In this document: positions 20,269 through 30,417 of the stretch, in pieces
Layout: each line of letters opens with the position of its first letter
How positions within the stretch are numbered: the stretch's first letter is position 1
DNA from: Gammaproteobacteria bacterium
GTDB lineage: Bacteria; Pseudomonadota; Gammaproteobacteria; CAJXQU01
DNA: 64,000 nucleotides
Direction of reading: 5' to 3'
NCBI GenBank assembly: GCA_045110495.1
Contig: JBGCGE010000045.1
Coordinates: forward strand, 10,462 to 74,461
Translations under genes and position numbers: made by a program
Notes under the pieces: generated by a model
The model's database searches: none
Seen by the model: only the letters and a program-made list of their open reading frames with translations
Told to the model about the DNA's origin: nothing

Positions 20269-21387
20269 CTAAGTTAGGGGTTCTTGTTGCGTTGCGCAGT
20301 GAATACTGCCACCACCGCTAGCAATACCATTAATCGCTATTTGTTCTATTTTACGATCTGGAAACACGTTGGAAAGTTTTTCTTTTGCAATTCGATCAGC
20401 TTTTTTATCACCAAACTTCTGCATGATGATCGCATTCTTACAGACGTAATATCCAACATATCCAGCCGCAAAATCTTTGGTTCCATATTCAGTATTTATA
20501 TCCCAGGGAGTATCAAGAATAATTGTTTCAAGTGTGTTGTTGTTTGCATCGGTTGATGATTGAAGGATACTGATATTCTCCCGTGTTATTTTATAATCAT
20601 AAGAAGATTTGTCTGTGTCTCGGCTGACCATAACGACGCCCGGTTTTGCGAAGCGAGCATAAAAATCAGTATGCCCATCGGTAATATCTTTTCCCTTAAT
20701 TCCTTTTAGCCAGATAATTTTATCTAAGCCGAGTAACGCTTTTAGTTTATTCTCGACTTCTGTTTTTGTTTTTCCAGAATTACGATTGTCATTGAGTATG
20801 CAACTTTCAGTCATGATTGCAGTTCCATGACCGTCAACTTCGAAACAACCACCTTCCAAAATCAGATCGGTATTGATCGTTTTTACATTCGCTACTTGAG
20901 CAACAAAATCGGCAATTTTTGAATCAAGGTCATACTTCTGATCTTCACCCCAACCATTAAAGTTAAAATTGACAGCTGATTTTTGTCCTTGATCATTAAC
21001 GACAAAAGCAGGGCCTGTGTCACGCATCCAAAGATCATTCATATTGAATTCGATCAACTCAATCGAATAAGGATACTCATTTCCCCCTCCGATAAGATCT
21101 AATGCTATTTTGTAATCTTCTTCTCTGACTAACATAGAAACAGGTTCATATTTAGCGATTGTTGTTGCGATAGTTGCAAGGTTACGCTGCACTTCAGGAA
21201 TTTGTTTTTCTTCCCAAATATCATAACTGGCAATGAATGACATCCAGGTACGTTTATGGTGTTCACCTTCATCTGGCATATACCATCTATTTTTTATATA
21301 TGAGTTCGCTTTTGAGATAAATACAGGAAGTGACATAAGACCTCCAATAGCCATTATGGATTGAATAAAATGACGTCTTGATTGCAT
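20269..21387 (-). CDS. Agmatine deiminase / Porphyromonas-type peptidylarginine deiminase family enzyme with a twin-arginine signal peptide.
   Basis: C-terminal GGGSIHCATQQEP (catalytic Cys motif of the family). N-terminal SRRHFIQ followed by a hydrophobic h-region (TAT motif). Confidence 0.7.
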   Translation of the reverse strand: MQSRRHFIQSIMAIGGLMSLPVFISKANSYIKNRWYMPDEGEHHKRTWMSFIASYDIWEEKQIPEVQRNLATIATTIAKYEPVSMLVREEDYKIALDLIGGGNEYPYSIELIEFNMNDLWMRDTGPAFVVNDQGQKSAVNFNFNGWGEDQKYDLDSKIADFVAQVANVKTINTDLILEGGCFEVDGHGTAIMTESCILNDNRNSGKTKTEVENKLKALLGLDKIIWLKGIKGKDITDGHTDFYARFAKPGVVMVSRDTDKSSYDYKITRENISILQSSTDANNNTLETIILDTPWDINTEYGTKDFAAGYVGYYVCKNAIIMQKFGDKKADRIAKEKLSNVFPDRKIEQIAINGIASGGGSIHCATQQEPLT

Positions 21388-21444
21388 GACTGTTTTCCTT
21401 TCTCGTTAATATTCAATTTGAGAAAATAGTCCGTTCTAATAAAT

Positions 21445-22023
21445 TTAGTTAAGAACTTCTGATACTCGATCACGAAGCATAGGAAGTACTTCTTTTTCAA
21501 ACCAGGGATTGCGTTTTAACCACAAATTATTTCTTGGACTTGAGTGCGGAAGAGGAAGTAATTCTGGCCAGTAATCACGCCATGATTTCACGAGATCAGT
21601 AACCGATAAATTCCCTTTATCAAAGTGATAAGCTTGAGCATATTTTCCAAGCACTATGGTGAGTTCAATTGCTTCAAGTTGATCAAGAAGTTTATGTCGC
21701 CAGGCGGGTTCACATTCGGGACGCGGTGCTAGATCGCCAGACTTTCCTGTGCCCGGAAAACAAAAGCCCATTGGAAGCAGGGCAATTTTTTCTGGATCAT
21801 AAAATTCCTCATGCGTTAATCCCAACCATTCACGCAAACGATCTCCACTTGGATCGTTAAAGGGAATTCCTGTTTCGTGGACTTTTCTACCCGGAGCTTG
21901 TCCTGCGATCAAAATCTTTGCGCTCGGGTGTAATTGAACGACAGGACGAGGTCCAAGCGGCAAACTGTTTTGACAAAGTCTACAAGCTCGAACTTCAGAT
22001 AATAATGATGAAAATGATTTCAT
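21445..22023 (-). CDS. Uracil-DNA glycosylase superfamily protein (family-4-like, four Cys).
   Basis: Motif 1 GQAPG and motif 2 HSSPRN, with CRLC and further Cys consistent with an Fe-S UDG. Confidence 0.65.
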   Translation of the reverse strand: MKSFSSLLSEVRACRLCQNSLPLGPRPVVQLHPSAKILIAGQAPGRKVHETGIPFNDPSGDRLREWLGLTHEEFYDPEKIALLPMGFCFPGTGKSGDLAPRPECEPAWRHKLLDQLEAIELTIVLGKYAQAYHFDKGNLSVTDLVKSWRDYWPELLPLPHSSPRNNLWLKRNPWFEKEVLPMLRDRVSEVLN

Positions 22024-22104
22024 AGTAAGGATCTATTTTTAGCTAAAACTTAGATAACATATATTCCATAGAATAAATAAGATAGCATCAAGCTGAAAGA
22101 GTTT

Positions 22105-22815
22105 TTAGTATGACTGTTTGATTTTAGTTTTGAGACTTTTCTTACATTCAGCAAATTGTTTTTTACGATGACCGTTAGCACCTGAAGGATGCGGAAAACC
22201 ATTAAGGATACGTTTTTGATCTAGTCTGCCTTGTGATACTAAATAGTCTAGTACGTATTCAACAGACTTACCGAGCGGCAGTATCAGGCAATCTCCAATC
22301 TCATCAAGTTCATCACCCAATACTTCATCAATCATTTTTACTAAAACGGGATGAGATGTAGGTTTTGGAGAGTGTCCTGTGTAGTTTGCACCTTTTTTAA
22401 AAACGGGATATTTGAGAACTGATCCTGTTCTTAATATTTCTGAACCAAATAAATCTGTGGAAGTTGGGACATCAAAAATCTTGGCGAAATCAAGTTCATC
22501 AAGCATAGAGACTAAATTTTTGCGCATAGAACCAGCGAATGCAACATTGGGCTTTCGGACTTTAATGGCTTCTGATCGACTCAAGCCTTGTTGCATTGCA
22601 TTGCTCGCTTCCTCATAAGCAATACGCATTTGGTTCCACCCGGGCGTAATTCCAAGAATCCAAAGCTGAGGTTTTTCAGCGCAGACACCTCTTGGTGAAA
22701 ACCAGACTTCGAGAATTTTATCTTTATAGATACGAAGTTCTTCGGAAAGATCATTAAGAGATTCCGGAGCGACTTCAGGTAATAAAATTTCATATTTTTT
22801 TAGATCAGAAAACAA
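22105..22815 (-). CDS. Divergent uracil-DNA glycosylase-superfamily-like protein.
   Basis: Motif 1-like GITPGW and motif 2-like HPSGAN in the positions expected for a UDG fold. Otherwise no recognisable family. Confidence 0.4.
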   Translation of the reverse strand: MFSDLKKYEILLPEVAPESLNDLSEELRIYKDKILEVWFSPRGVCAEKPQLWILGITPGWNQMRIAYEEASNAMQQGLSRSEAIKVRKPNVAFAGSMRKNLVSMLDELDFAKIFDVPTSTDLFGSEILRTGSVLKYPVFKKGANYTGHSPKPTSHPVLVKMIDEVLGDELDEIGDCLILPLGKSVEYVLDYLVSQGRLDQKRILNGFPHPSGANGHRKKQFAECKKSLKTKIKQSY

Positions 22816-23162
22816 TCAAACTACCTTTATAAATATTTATAAAAAAGCAAAGCATTCGAGTTACTGTAAAAAATATTCATGTTGAATAATTACAAGTGAA
22901 AAAAATAAAAACAGAGAATAAAGTGTAAATATAATAATGAATCTAAGGTAGTTGGACTGACTAAATATTCTGGGAAAGTGTATCGACGTAAAATATGCCG
23001 ATCCAATAGTGATTAAGTAAATTGGTAAGTATTTAATAAATACTCCATTGGAAATAATGATAGCGACAATCGGAATAAGTATGATCACAAACCATTCTTT
23101 GAAACGAGGATTCAAACTTCACGTACTCGTATAATTAAAAATTTATTCCCCATCTTTATTGA

Positions 23163-23783
23163 TTAATTATTTTGAAGTGAAACAACTTCATTCACAATTT
23201 CATCGGCCAGATGAGATAATGCAGTTTGTTGAGCAATCACATAAGTCAAAAAATCATTATTAGTTAAAGTAATCGTGTGGCGACTTGTACGACTACTCAA
23301 AAGTTTTTTGCCTCTTTCTGTGAATAGATCCCAATGTGCTACAAGAACGACTTCTTTACCAAGCGTACCATCAAGTCGATCAATTCGAATGTGTGTTTCA
23401 TAGTCAGGCCAGTGATCTCTTGGCCATGGGTAATGCATAATTCGATCACTACCCGAAATATCCATCGCACGTTCGATCAACGTTTTCTGGATCTCTTCAC
23501 GCAGAGACCCTGCCCATTGATTATGTTCAGAGATTTTTATTTCATTATTGTTTTCTCGATAAACCAGTTGTGGTCGGTTGAGAATGCTGCTTATTTCTAC
23601 TGGTCCAATACCTAAGTTGAGTTGAGGATTTAGTCGTTCGTCTGAATAAATTTGCGATAAAGGTGTCAGTGAATAATATCGAGATTCATCAAGTCTTGAG
23701 CTAGAAACGCAGGCACTTATTCCAAAAAATATAATAAATATTACGAAAAATTTATAGGCGTAGAATAATTTTAGAGTAAACAT
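23163..23783 (-). CDS. pqiC: PqiC/YmbA-like ABC-type transport auxiliary lipoprotein.
   Basis: Lipoprotein signal (GISAC), about 200 aa, located immediately downstream of the MCE-domain pqiB. Confidence 0.65.
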   Translation of the reverse strand: MFTLKLFYAYKFFVIFIIFFGISACVSSSRLDESRYYSLTPLSQIYSDERLNPQLNLGIGPVEISSILNRPQLVYRENNNEIKISEHNQWAGSLREEIQKTLIERAMDISGSDRIMHYPWPRDHWPDYETHIRIDRLDGTLGKEVVLVAHWDLFTERGKKLLSSRTSRHTITLTNNDFLTYVIAQQTALSHLADEIVNEVVSLQNN

Positions 23784-23804
23784 GTTGGCGTCCTAAATGT
23801 TTTT

Positions 23805-25574
23805 TTATTTCCCGAAAATAAGTGCGTCAGGTTTTCGTTGTAAGGTATCGACTAATGCATCAAGACTGCGGGAAGCTTCGGTTAATTCATCCAACAACAC
23901 TCTTAGTTTATATTGAAAAGTTGAGTCTTCAGAAAAAGAATCTGTCGTTTCCGACAAAGTAATATCCATATTTGCTAATGTCGTGCTCACATCTTGCATG
24001 GTTTTGTCAGCTGAAATTAATACTTGATCGGCGCTAGATAATGTTTTGTTTATGCTCGGCGAAATACTATCCGCTAGATGGCCGAACTTGTGACTAGTTT
24101 GTTTAATGTCTACGAGTAAAGCTTCAAGATTTTTTATACTTTGCTTATTTTCTGGTGCAGCAACCAGTTCTTTAACTTGAAGCACGGTGTCGTTTAAATT
24201 ATTGACAAGTTTATCAATGGGTAATTTTTCATATTTATTCGCCAAGTCAGCCAGTCTACGCGTTAGCTCTCCAAACTGTCCAGGTGCAGTTGGGAACTTT
24301 AAATAATATCCAGTTTCTTCAATACGCTCTGGAGTATTTTCTTCATCAAATTCAAGTTCAACATACATTTGTCCGGTTAATAAATTGCCTGTTTTTAAAC
24401 GTGCTTTTAAACCGCGGGAAACAATGTTCTCGATAAATTCCGAAGGATCGATTGCATCATCTTGTAAAGATAAACGTTCAGGATAAATCTCCATCAAAAC
24501 CGGTAATTCAACATTTAAAGAGATTGGATCTATACGTGTTTCTTTATCAAGAATTTTACCCACTGTCGTACCACGAAAATCAACCGGTGCTCCGATATTT
24601 AATCCTTTTAAGTTCTCTTCAAAATATAAAACATACTCAAGTTTTAACGATGGAGTTTGATCATTAATGCTAGACGCATCTGGGTGTAGATAATATTCTT
24701 TACCTTCTGAAGCAGAATTATTATTCGATAAATTTCGAGGTGTATCAAAAACAATTCCGCCACTGATTAACGATGTCAACGATTCAACATGCGCTTTTAC
24801 ACCTTCTGATCCTAGACTTAGATCAAATCCACTGCTGTTCCAGAATCGACTATTTTTTTGTACCAGATGATCATAAGGTGTGCGAACAAAAATATTTATT
24901 TTTATATATTTACCGGATTCATCCAGTTTATATTTAACCACTTCGCCTACATCGATCTGTCGATAATAAATCGGTGAGCCGATATCGATTGAACCGAGTT
25001 CAGTAGATCTTAAGACAAACGATTTACCTTTTGTTGAAAACGGGATTTGTGGCGGTTCTTCTAAACCGATATAAACATCAGGGTTATCATTTTCTCCAGC
25101 CACACCAGGATCAACCGCGATATAAACACCTGAAATCAGCGTGCTTAAACCTGTAATACCTTTAGCACTGATACGCGGCCTTACCGCCCAGAAGCTGCTG
25201 TTTTCATTTAGATGCTTGCCCATTGTTTGTGATAGTTCAACGGTAACAACCACATTTTTAAGATCGCTATCCAGGCCTATCTTTTTTACTTTTCCTACAT
25301 CAACATCTTTATAGCGAACGCGGGTTTTTCCCACTTCAAACCCTGCCGCACTGGAAAAACTTATCTGAACTTCAGGACCTTTTTCACTAATCACTTTTAC
25401 TAATAACCATCCACCCGCAAGTAAAGCCACGAAAGGAATTAACCAGACCAAAGAAAGGCTCCGCGCACGCGTGACTTTAGCCATCGGCAAGTCTTTCAAG
25501 TCGAGTGATTTTTTGTCATTCGATGTATCTTGCTTATTTTCTTTTTGCTTATTCTCTTTTTGTTTCACAGGCAT
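23805..25574 (-). CDS. pqiB: Paraquat-inducible protein B (multi-MCE-domain membrane-contact protein).
   Basis: N-terminal TM segment, repeated MCE domains, long C-terminal coiled coil, 589 aa. Follows the pqiA genes. Confidence 0.8.
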   Translation of the reverse strand: MPVKQKENKQKENKQDTSNDKKSLDLKDLPMAKVTRARSLSLVWLIPFVALLAGGWLLVKVISEKGPEVQISFSSAAGFEVGKTRVRYKDVDVGKVKKIGLDSDLKNVVVTVELSQTMGKHLNENSSFWAVRPRISAKGITGLSTLISGVYIAVDPGVAGENDNPDVYIGLEEPPQIPFSTKGKSFVLRSTELGSIDIGSPIYYRQIDVGEVVKYKLDESGKYIKINIFVRTPYDHLVQKNSRFWNSSGFDLSLGSEGVKAHVESLTSLISGGIVFDTPRNLSNNNSASEGKEYYLHPDASSINDQTPSLKLEYVLYFEENLKGLNIGAPVDFRGTTVGKILDKETRIDPISLNVELPVLMEIYPERLSLQDDAIDPSEFIENIVSRGLKARLKTGNLLTGQMYVELEFDEENTPERIEETGYYLKFPTAPGQFGELTRRLADLANKYEKLPIDKLVNNLNDTVLQVKELVAAPENKQSIKNLEALLVDIKQTSHKFGHLADSISPSINKTLSSADQVLISADKTMQDVSTTLANMDITLSETTDSFSEDSTFQYKLRVLLDELTEASRSLDALVDTLQRKPDALIFGK

Positions 25575-26172
25575 CCCAAATTAAGCGTGGATCAAAACTA
25601 TGCGCGGCAAACATTGTCGCGATAACAACAATTGCAAAAGCAATCGAACCGGCACCCACTTCGATATAAGCCAACTCACCAAATTGTACTAAAGCCGCCA
25701 GTATAGCAATAACGAAAATATCAACCATCGACCAGCGACCCACAAATTCTGTAATCCGATAATAAAAAGTGCGATCTTCCGGACGCCAGTCAGATTTTTC
25801 ATGCACGCTGACTAACAACCAGAATAAAACGATCAACTTCATTAAAGGCACAAATATACTGGCAATAAAAACGATCAAAGCCAGCGGCCACATACCTTCA
25901 TGTAATAGGTAAATTACGCCAGATAGAATAGTATCAGGATTACTTTTGCCTAATTGCGCTGTCGTTATTACGGGTAAAAAATTTGCAGGTATATAGAAAA
26001 ACACCGCTGTTAATAACCACGCCCAGGTACGACTTAAACTACGCCTTATTCGTAGACTCACGCGGCTATCACAAGTCGGGCAGAACAATTCACCCGAACC
26101 ATCAACCTTAACAATCGAATGACAAAGATGACATTCTGCAAGATTAAAATCTGTTGCTCTTAGATAATTCAT
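25549..26172 (-). CDS. pqiA: PqiA-domain integral membrane protein (second half of a split pqiA).
   Basis: N-terminal Cys cluster CHLCHS ... CPTCDS followed by multiple TM segments, 207 aa. Confidence 0.7.
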   Translation of the reverse strand: MNYLRATDFNLAECHLCHSIVKVDGSGELFCPTCDSRVSLRIRRSLSRTWAWLLTAVFFYIPANFLPVITTAQLGKSNPDTILSGVIYLLHEGMWPLALIVFIASIFVPLMKLIVLFWLLVSVHEKSDWRPEDRTFYYRITEFVGRWSMVDIFVIAILAALVQFGELAYIEVGAGSIAFAIVVIATMFAAHSFDPRLIWDACETKRE

Positions 26173-26843
26173 GAATGTTGTCGGAGATGCATTTCATGGC
26201 GAACACGAGGCGGATCAAATAGATTATTAAGTAGTGTCATTAAAATGATCAAAAACACAAATGCGTATAACGAAGGGCCAGTAATGATCACCGCTTGCTC
26301 ACCTAGTTTAACCACTGCAACGAGAAAACCTAATAAGAAAATTTCGATCATATTCCAGGGTACGCTGTGATGACTAAGACGCAAAACTGAATCACTCATT
26401 GCAGGAATCTTACCGAATAAAGGCGGAAGTAATAACCACGCATACGCTAACAACTGCAATAACGGCGTCAAAAAAGTCGTCGTAAAAACAACGAAAGCCA
26501 GAAAACGTTGGTCAGCTTCCCAAAGTGTCGAAGATGAAGAAAGAATCGTCGCTTCGATAATCTGACCACTGGCACTTATAGATAATAACGGAAAAATATT
26601 TGCCAGAAAAAATAAAATAAAACCCGTGATCGTTAAAGGTAATAGTCGATTAAAAAGTGAATTATCTCCTTCGCGAAGTATTCCTTTGCAACGTGGGCAG
26701 TGAGCTCTTTCAGATCGACTCAAAGGAGGTACTAGCATCAATACATCGCATTCATGGCAAATTGCCAGGTTGTCATTTTGTGAACTATTGATTTGAGTAT
26801 TATCAGGCATAAATTTTTTAATATAAAAATTATGAGCCAACAT
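26169..26843 (-). CDS. pqiA: PqiA-domain integral membrane protein (first half of a split pqiA).
   Basis: CHECDV ... CPRCKG zinc-ribbon-like motif plus TM segments, 224 aa. Overlaps the next gene by 4 bp. Confidence 0.7.
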   Translation of the reverse strand: MLAHNFYIKKFMPDNTQINSSQNDNLAICHECDVLMLVPPLSRSERAHCPRCKGILREGDNSLFNRLLPLTITGFILFFLANIFPLLSISASGQIIEATILSSSSTLWEADQRFLAFVVFTTTFLTPLLQLLAYAWLLLPPLFGKIPAMSDSVLRLSHHSVPWNMIEIFLLGFLVAVVKLGEQAVIITGPSLYAFVFLIILMTLLNNLFDPPRVRHEMHLRQHS

Positions 26844-26870
26844 TATTTAGAAGCTGATCTATTTTCAAAA

Positions 26871-27662
26871 TCAGAAAGCACTTTTAACGACACCACCATC
26901 AACTCTTAACGCAGCACCAGTTGTTGCTGATGCAAGGGGACTCGCAATATAAGCAACTAAAGAAGCCACTTCGCTTGGTGCGGCAAAACGTTTAATTAAC
27001 GATGTTGGTCTGACATTTTGGAAAAACTCTTTCTCGAATTCATCAAAAGATTTACCTTCTTGCTGTGCAAGTTCCTCAACAAAGTCACCTACGCCTCGGG
27101 ATTTTGTCGGCCCAGGAAGGACACTGTTTATCGTAATGCCGGTTCCTGCGACAGATTCCGCCAGCCCTCGAGAAATAGCTAGCTGAGCAGTTTTAGTCAT
27201 CCCATAGTGGATCATTTCTTCTGGAATTTGAATGCCACTTTCACTAGAAATAAAAACAATACGTCCCCAGTTTGTTTTTTTCATAGCAGGAAGATATAAA
27301 CGACTAAGGCGTACTCCGCTTAATACATTAATTTCAAAAAAACGTCTCCAATCATCATCAGAAATGTTTTCGAAAGATGCAGGCTCAAATATCCCTAAGT
27401 TATTGATCAATATTTCTACATTTGGATATTCTTGCACAAGCTGCTCGGCGGCTTCTTGTGTAGAAAGATCGCCAGCAAAACCGATTAATTCACCTGCCAC
27501 GCCAGGTGATAGTTTTGCAATCGCATTATCTACGGATCCCTGAGAACGACCGTTAATTATAACTTTGGCTCCTTCAGCAGCTAAAGTTTCAGCAATCGCA
27601 TAACCAATACCTGCAGTACTTCCGGTAACGAGAGATAATTTGTTTTTTAATTGTAAATCCAT
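26871..27662 (-). CDS. Short-chain dehydrogenase/reductase family oxidoreductase.
   Basis: LVTGSTAGIGYAIAETLAAEGAKVIINGR Rossmann motif; 263 aa. Confidence 0.8.
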   Translation of the reverse strand: MDLQLKNKLSLVTGSTAGIGYAIAETLAAEGAKVIINGRSQGSVDNAIAKLSPGVAGELIGFAGDLSTQEAAEQLVQEYPNVEILINNLGIFEPASFENISDDDWRRFFEINVLSGVRLSRLYLPAMKKTNWGRIVFISSESGIQIPEEMIHYGMTKTAQLAISRGLAESVAGTGITINSVLPGPTKSRGVGDFVEELAQQEGKSFDEFEKEFFQNVRPTSLIKRFAAPSEVASLVAYIASPLASATTGAALRVDGGVVKSAF

Positions 27663-27761
27663 ATTGGCTCCTGGTTATTTGAATACTTGTGTGTAAGTCA
27701 TCAAAGACTTAACGGCAGTTTTAAGGGGTAGACTATTTTTGTATTCATCACGAACTAATAG

Positions 27762-28364
27762 TTAGGAATTATTTGTAATATTATTTCGTTTCATATTTTG
27801 ATAAGCCCTTCTTTGTTTGGTTGTTTCGTATAACACAATACCAGTTGAAGTAGCTAAGTTAAGGCTCTCGATAATGCCATGCATTGGAATGTTTACACAG
27901 ACATCAGTATTTTCGTAAATAAAATCACTGATACCCGTGGTTTCATTCCCAAACCAAAGGGCTAATTTTTTATGTTTCGTAAAATCACATGCTTCTAGAT
28001 TAAAATTCTTCCTTTCACTTTTATGTGGTGAGGTAACGTAGGATATAAACCCGTTTTTTTTAAGATGCTCAATGCAAGATTTTGAGTCATCGAAACGTTT
28101 TACGAAACTCCACTTCACGGCAGAGGCTGATATTTTAAATAGAGTTTTATGTACTCTCATATCCTGCCATTCTTCTGGCAATTTTCTTGCTTCATCAACT
28201 ACATATACTTTTTCAGCTCCTAGAGCATTAACATTTCGAATCACAGCACCAATATTCTTCCAGTCTGAAGGATTTTCTACAACAACAATTAAATTTTTGC
28301 AGGTGAAATTCTTTATCTCGTCTAATTTCTTTCTTAGATCACTCTTGCCGTTCTCTTCGTACAT
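27762..28364 (-). CDS. SpoU/TrmH-family RNA 2'-O-methyltransferase.
   Basis: VVVENPSDWKNIGAVIRNVNALG and C-terminal SpoU motifs (IPMHGIIESLNLATSTGIVLYE). Confidence 0.7.
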   Translation of the reverse strand: MYEENGKSDLRKKLDEIKNFTCKNLIVVVENPSDWKNIGAVIRNVNALGAEKVYVVDEARKLPEEWQDMRVHKTLFKISASAVKWSFVKRFDDSKSCIEHLKKNGFISYVTSPHKSERKNFNLEACDFTKHKKLALWFGNETTGISDFIYENTDVCVNIPMHGIIESLNLATSTGIVLYETTKQRRAYQNMKRNNITNNS

Positions 28365-28450
28365 TCTTAAAGGCTCTCATAACTATTGATTGATATCTAA
28401 CAACTATACACCTCGAAGATCCTTGTGATAATAGTAAAATTAAGGTGATT

Positions 28451-29161
28451 TTATGATGGCTCTGGCATTTTAGAACGAAGTAACTCTAGAAATATTTTGT
28501 CAGGTGTTCCTCCAGCTTTTCGTTGCTTTTCTACCATAGACCATGCATTGGCATATTCATCACGCCAGAAATATGCCGTTGACCATGAGCCATATACATA
28601 CTCTTTATTTGGTTCAATTTCTTCAGCCTTTTCATATAGCGATTCAGACTGTGAAATTAAATTTGATTTTTCCTCAATGGACAGTGTTTTGTTACTAAGA
28701 GCACATAGAACAGTAACTCGTGCTGCATCTGGATATATACCTTGAAATGCTGGTGGATTAAGCGACAGTGATTTTTACATCATTTTCATGGCTTCGCAGT
28801 ACTGCCCCTGGTCATGTAAAACGGAACCAAAACCAGCGAATGTTTCAGGATTTTTGGGATCAAGTAACCAAGCTTGGTTAAATCTACGCATAGCCATTCC
28901 CAAATCATCTTGTGAATAGAACTTGAAACCTTGTTCTACCCACACTTTACTTGCCTTTTCTCTAGAACCAAATCGTTCTGTAACATCAGAAATGAATTTC
29001 TCATCTCCTTTTTTTAATTCAGAATTCTTTGATCTATCCATTCCCCCATACATGGGCACTTCATCAATTCGTGTTTGATGGTTTGGTGAAGTAGCTAAAC
29101 ACCCAGTTAAAATAAGGGTAAAGAATAGTAGAACTATTTTCATAATATTTTTTCTCACCAT
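28451..29161 (-). pseudogene. TPR-repeat lipoprotein gene interrupted by an in-frame TAA at 28775-28777.
   Basis: ORF 28778-29161 (lipoprotein signal LTGC, TPR-like) ends at TAA. Another 107 stop-free codons follow in the same frame (KSLSLNPPAFQGIYPDAARVTVLCALSNK ... ELLRSKMPEPS). The stop falls inside a TPR consensus (YCEAMKMM*KSLSLNP), where Tyr, Gln, Lys or Glu is expected. Confidence 0.7.
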
Positions 29162-29487
29162 GCCGAAGAGTTAAAAAATCAGTAATATCTTTCCGTATTT
29201 GAGTCGGTACAATACTCGATAAAACTGCCAGGAGGAACTCTGTCAGGATTCTTGAAGCCATGTTGGAATAACCTTTTTTACCTTGACCACTTCATTTTGC
29301 TTTATACAGGATAAATAGGGTGTTAAATAAAGTAAATGTAAGTGGATCATACTGGTTAGCTTACTTTTTATAGAATTACAAATTGAATATACTTTCCCAG
29401 CAGGCAAATACCTGGTAAGTCTCTTGTGATAACACCTGACTGTCCAGTAAGGTAACAAACAAAACTCAACAAATTCAAAAGTAGAGA

Positions 29488-30417
29488 ATGAAAAAAACGA
29501 TCACCTGCATATTTATATGTTTACTATTTTCAACATCAATTGTTAAGGCAGAATACCTTGAAGTAACGTTGCTTGGGACGGGGACTCCGAGGCCAGATAT
29601 TGATCGTTTTGGTCCGGCTACTGTTGTTGAAGTGAAGGGGCGCTATTTTGTTTTTGATGCAGGGCGCGGTATTACGATTCGTTTGATGCAAGCCGGTATT
29701 CCTTTATCGCAAATCGAACATGTTTTCATAACGCATTTACATTCTGATCATATAACCGGTTTATCGGATTTATGGTTAACGGGTTGGATCTGGCAGCGGG
29801 GTTGGGAGTTAAATCTTTATGGGCCTTGCGGTTTAGCACATTATGCAAAAAATATTGAGTCGGCTTATGAGGCTGATATTGATTATCGCAGTAAAAATAC
29901 TCAGCTAGAAAGTAACGCTGCGAAACTGAATGTTAAGGAAATCTCTCAGGATGGAATTATTTATGATCATGAGGGTGTGAAAGTAACTGCTTTTTCCGTA
30001 GAACATGGTGTTGTCGATCCTGCTTATGGGTATCGTTTAGATGCTAACGGTCGTTCGGTTGTGATTTCGGGCGACACCACTTATTCAGAAAATTTGATCA
30101 AACACTCGCAAGATGTTGATCTATTAATTCATGAAATTGCGGCAGCGGATCAGTCTTTATTGAAACAAAATGATCGTCTAAAAAAGGTGATGAGTTATCA
30201 CACGACGCCAGCTCAATCTGCTGAAATTTTTAATCAGACAAAGCCACGCGCAGCCATTTTTACGCATGTGTTGTTGTTTGGTGTTGAAGAAGCGGCGGTT
30301 CTAAACGAGGTTGGGGAATTATATAAAGGGCCGGTTTATATGGGAGAGGATCTATTACAGATCGGTGTTGGAGATGAGATTTCTATTCGGCGTTTTGAGT
30401 CTTCTAATAGTCATTAA
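29488..30417 (+). CDS. Secreted metallo-beta-lactamase-fold hydrolase.
   Basis: Signal peptide. HxHxDH motif (ITHLHSDHITG) and downstream His/Asp ligands. Confidence 0.75.
   Translation: MKKTITCIFICLLFSTSIVKAEYLEVTLLGTGTPRPDIDRFGPATVVEVKGRYFVFDAGRGITIRLMQAGIPLSQIEHVFITHLHSDHITGLSDLWLTGWIWQRGWELNLYGPCGLAHYAKNIESAYEADIDYRSKNTQLESNAAKLNVKEISQDGIIYDHEGVKVTAFSVEHGVVDPAYGYRLDANGRSVVISGDTTYSENLIKHSQDVDLLIHEIAAADQSLLKQNDRLKKVMSYHTTPAQSAEIFNQTKPRAAIFTHVLLFGVEEAAVLNEVGELYKGPVYMGEDLLQIGVGDEISIRRFESSNSH

Noticed and set aside
22861-23115. 84-aa hydrophobic minus-strand ORF
   Set aside because: It lies in a very AT-rich intergenic stretch with low-complexity Ile/Phe/Leu content. No ribosome-binding site or motif is visible, so it is likely spurious.
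28497-28745. 82-aa plus-strand ORF
   Set aside because: It overlaps, on the opposite strand, the open C-terminal continuation of the minus-strand TPR gene. Its composition is not protein-like, so it is best explained as a shadow ORF.
29064-29458. Two small minus-strand ORFs (65 and 71 aa) in the divergent promoter region
   Set aside because: They are short, overlap each other and the TPR gene start, and have no motifs. The region is more plausibly a 326-bp promoter or regulatory spacer.
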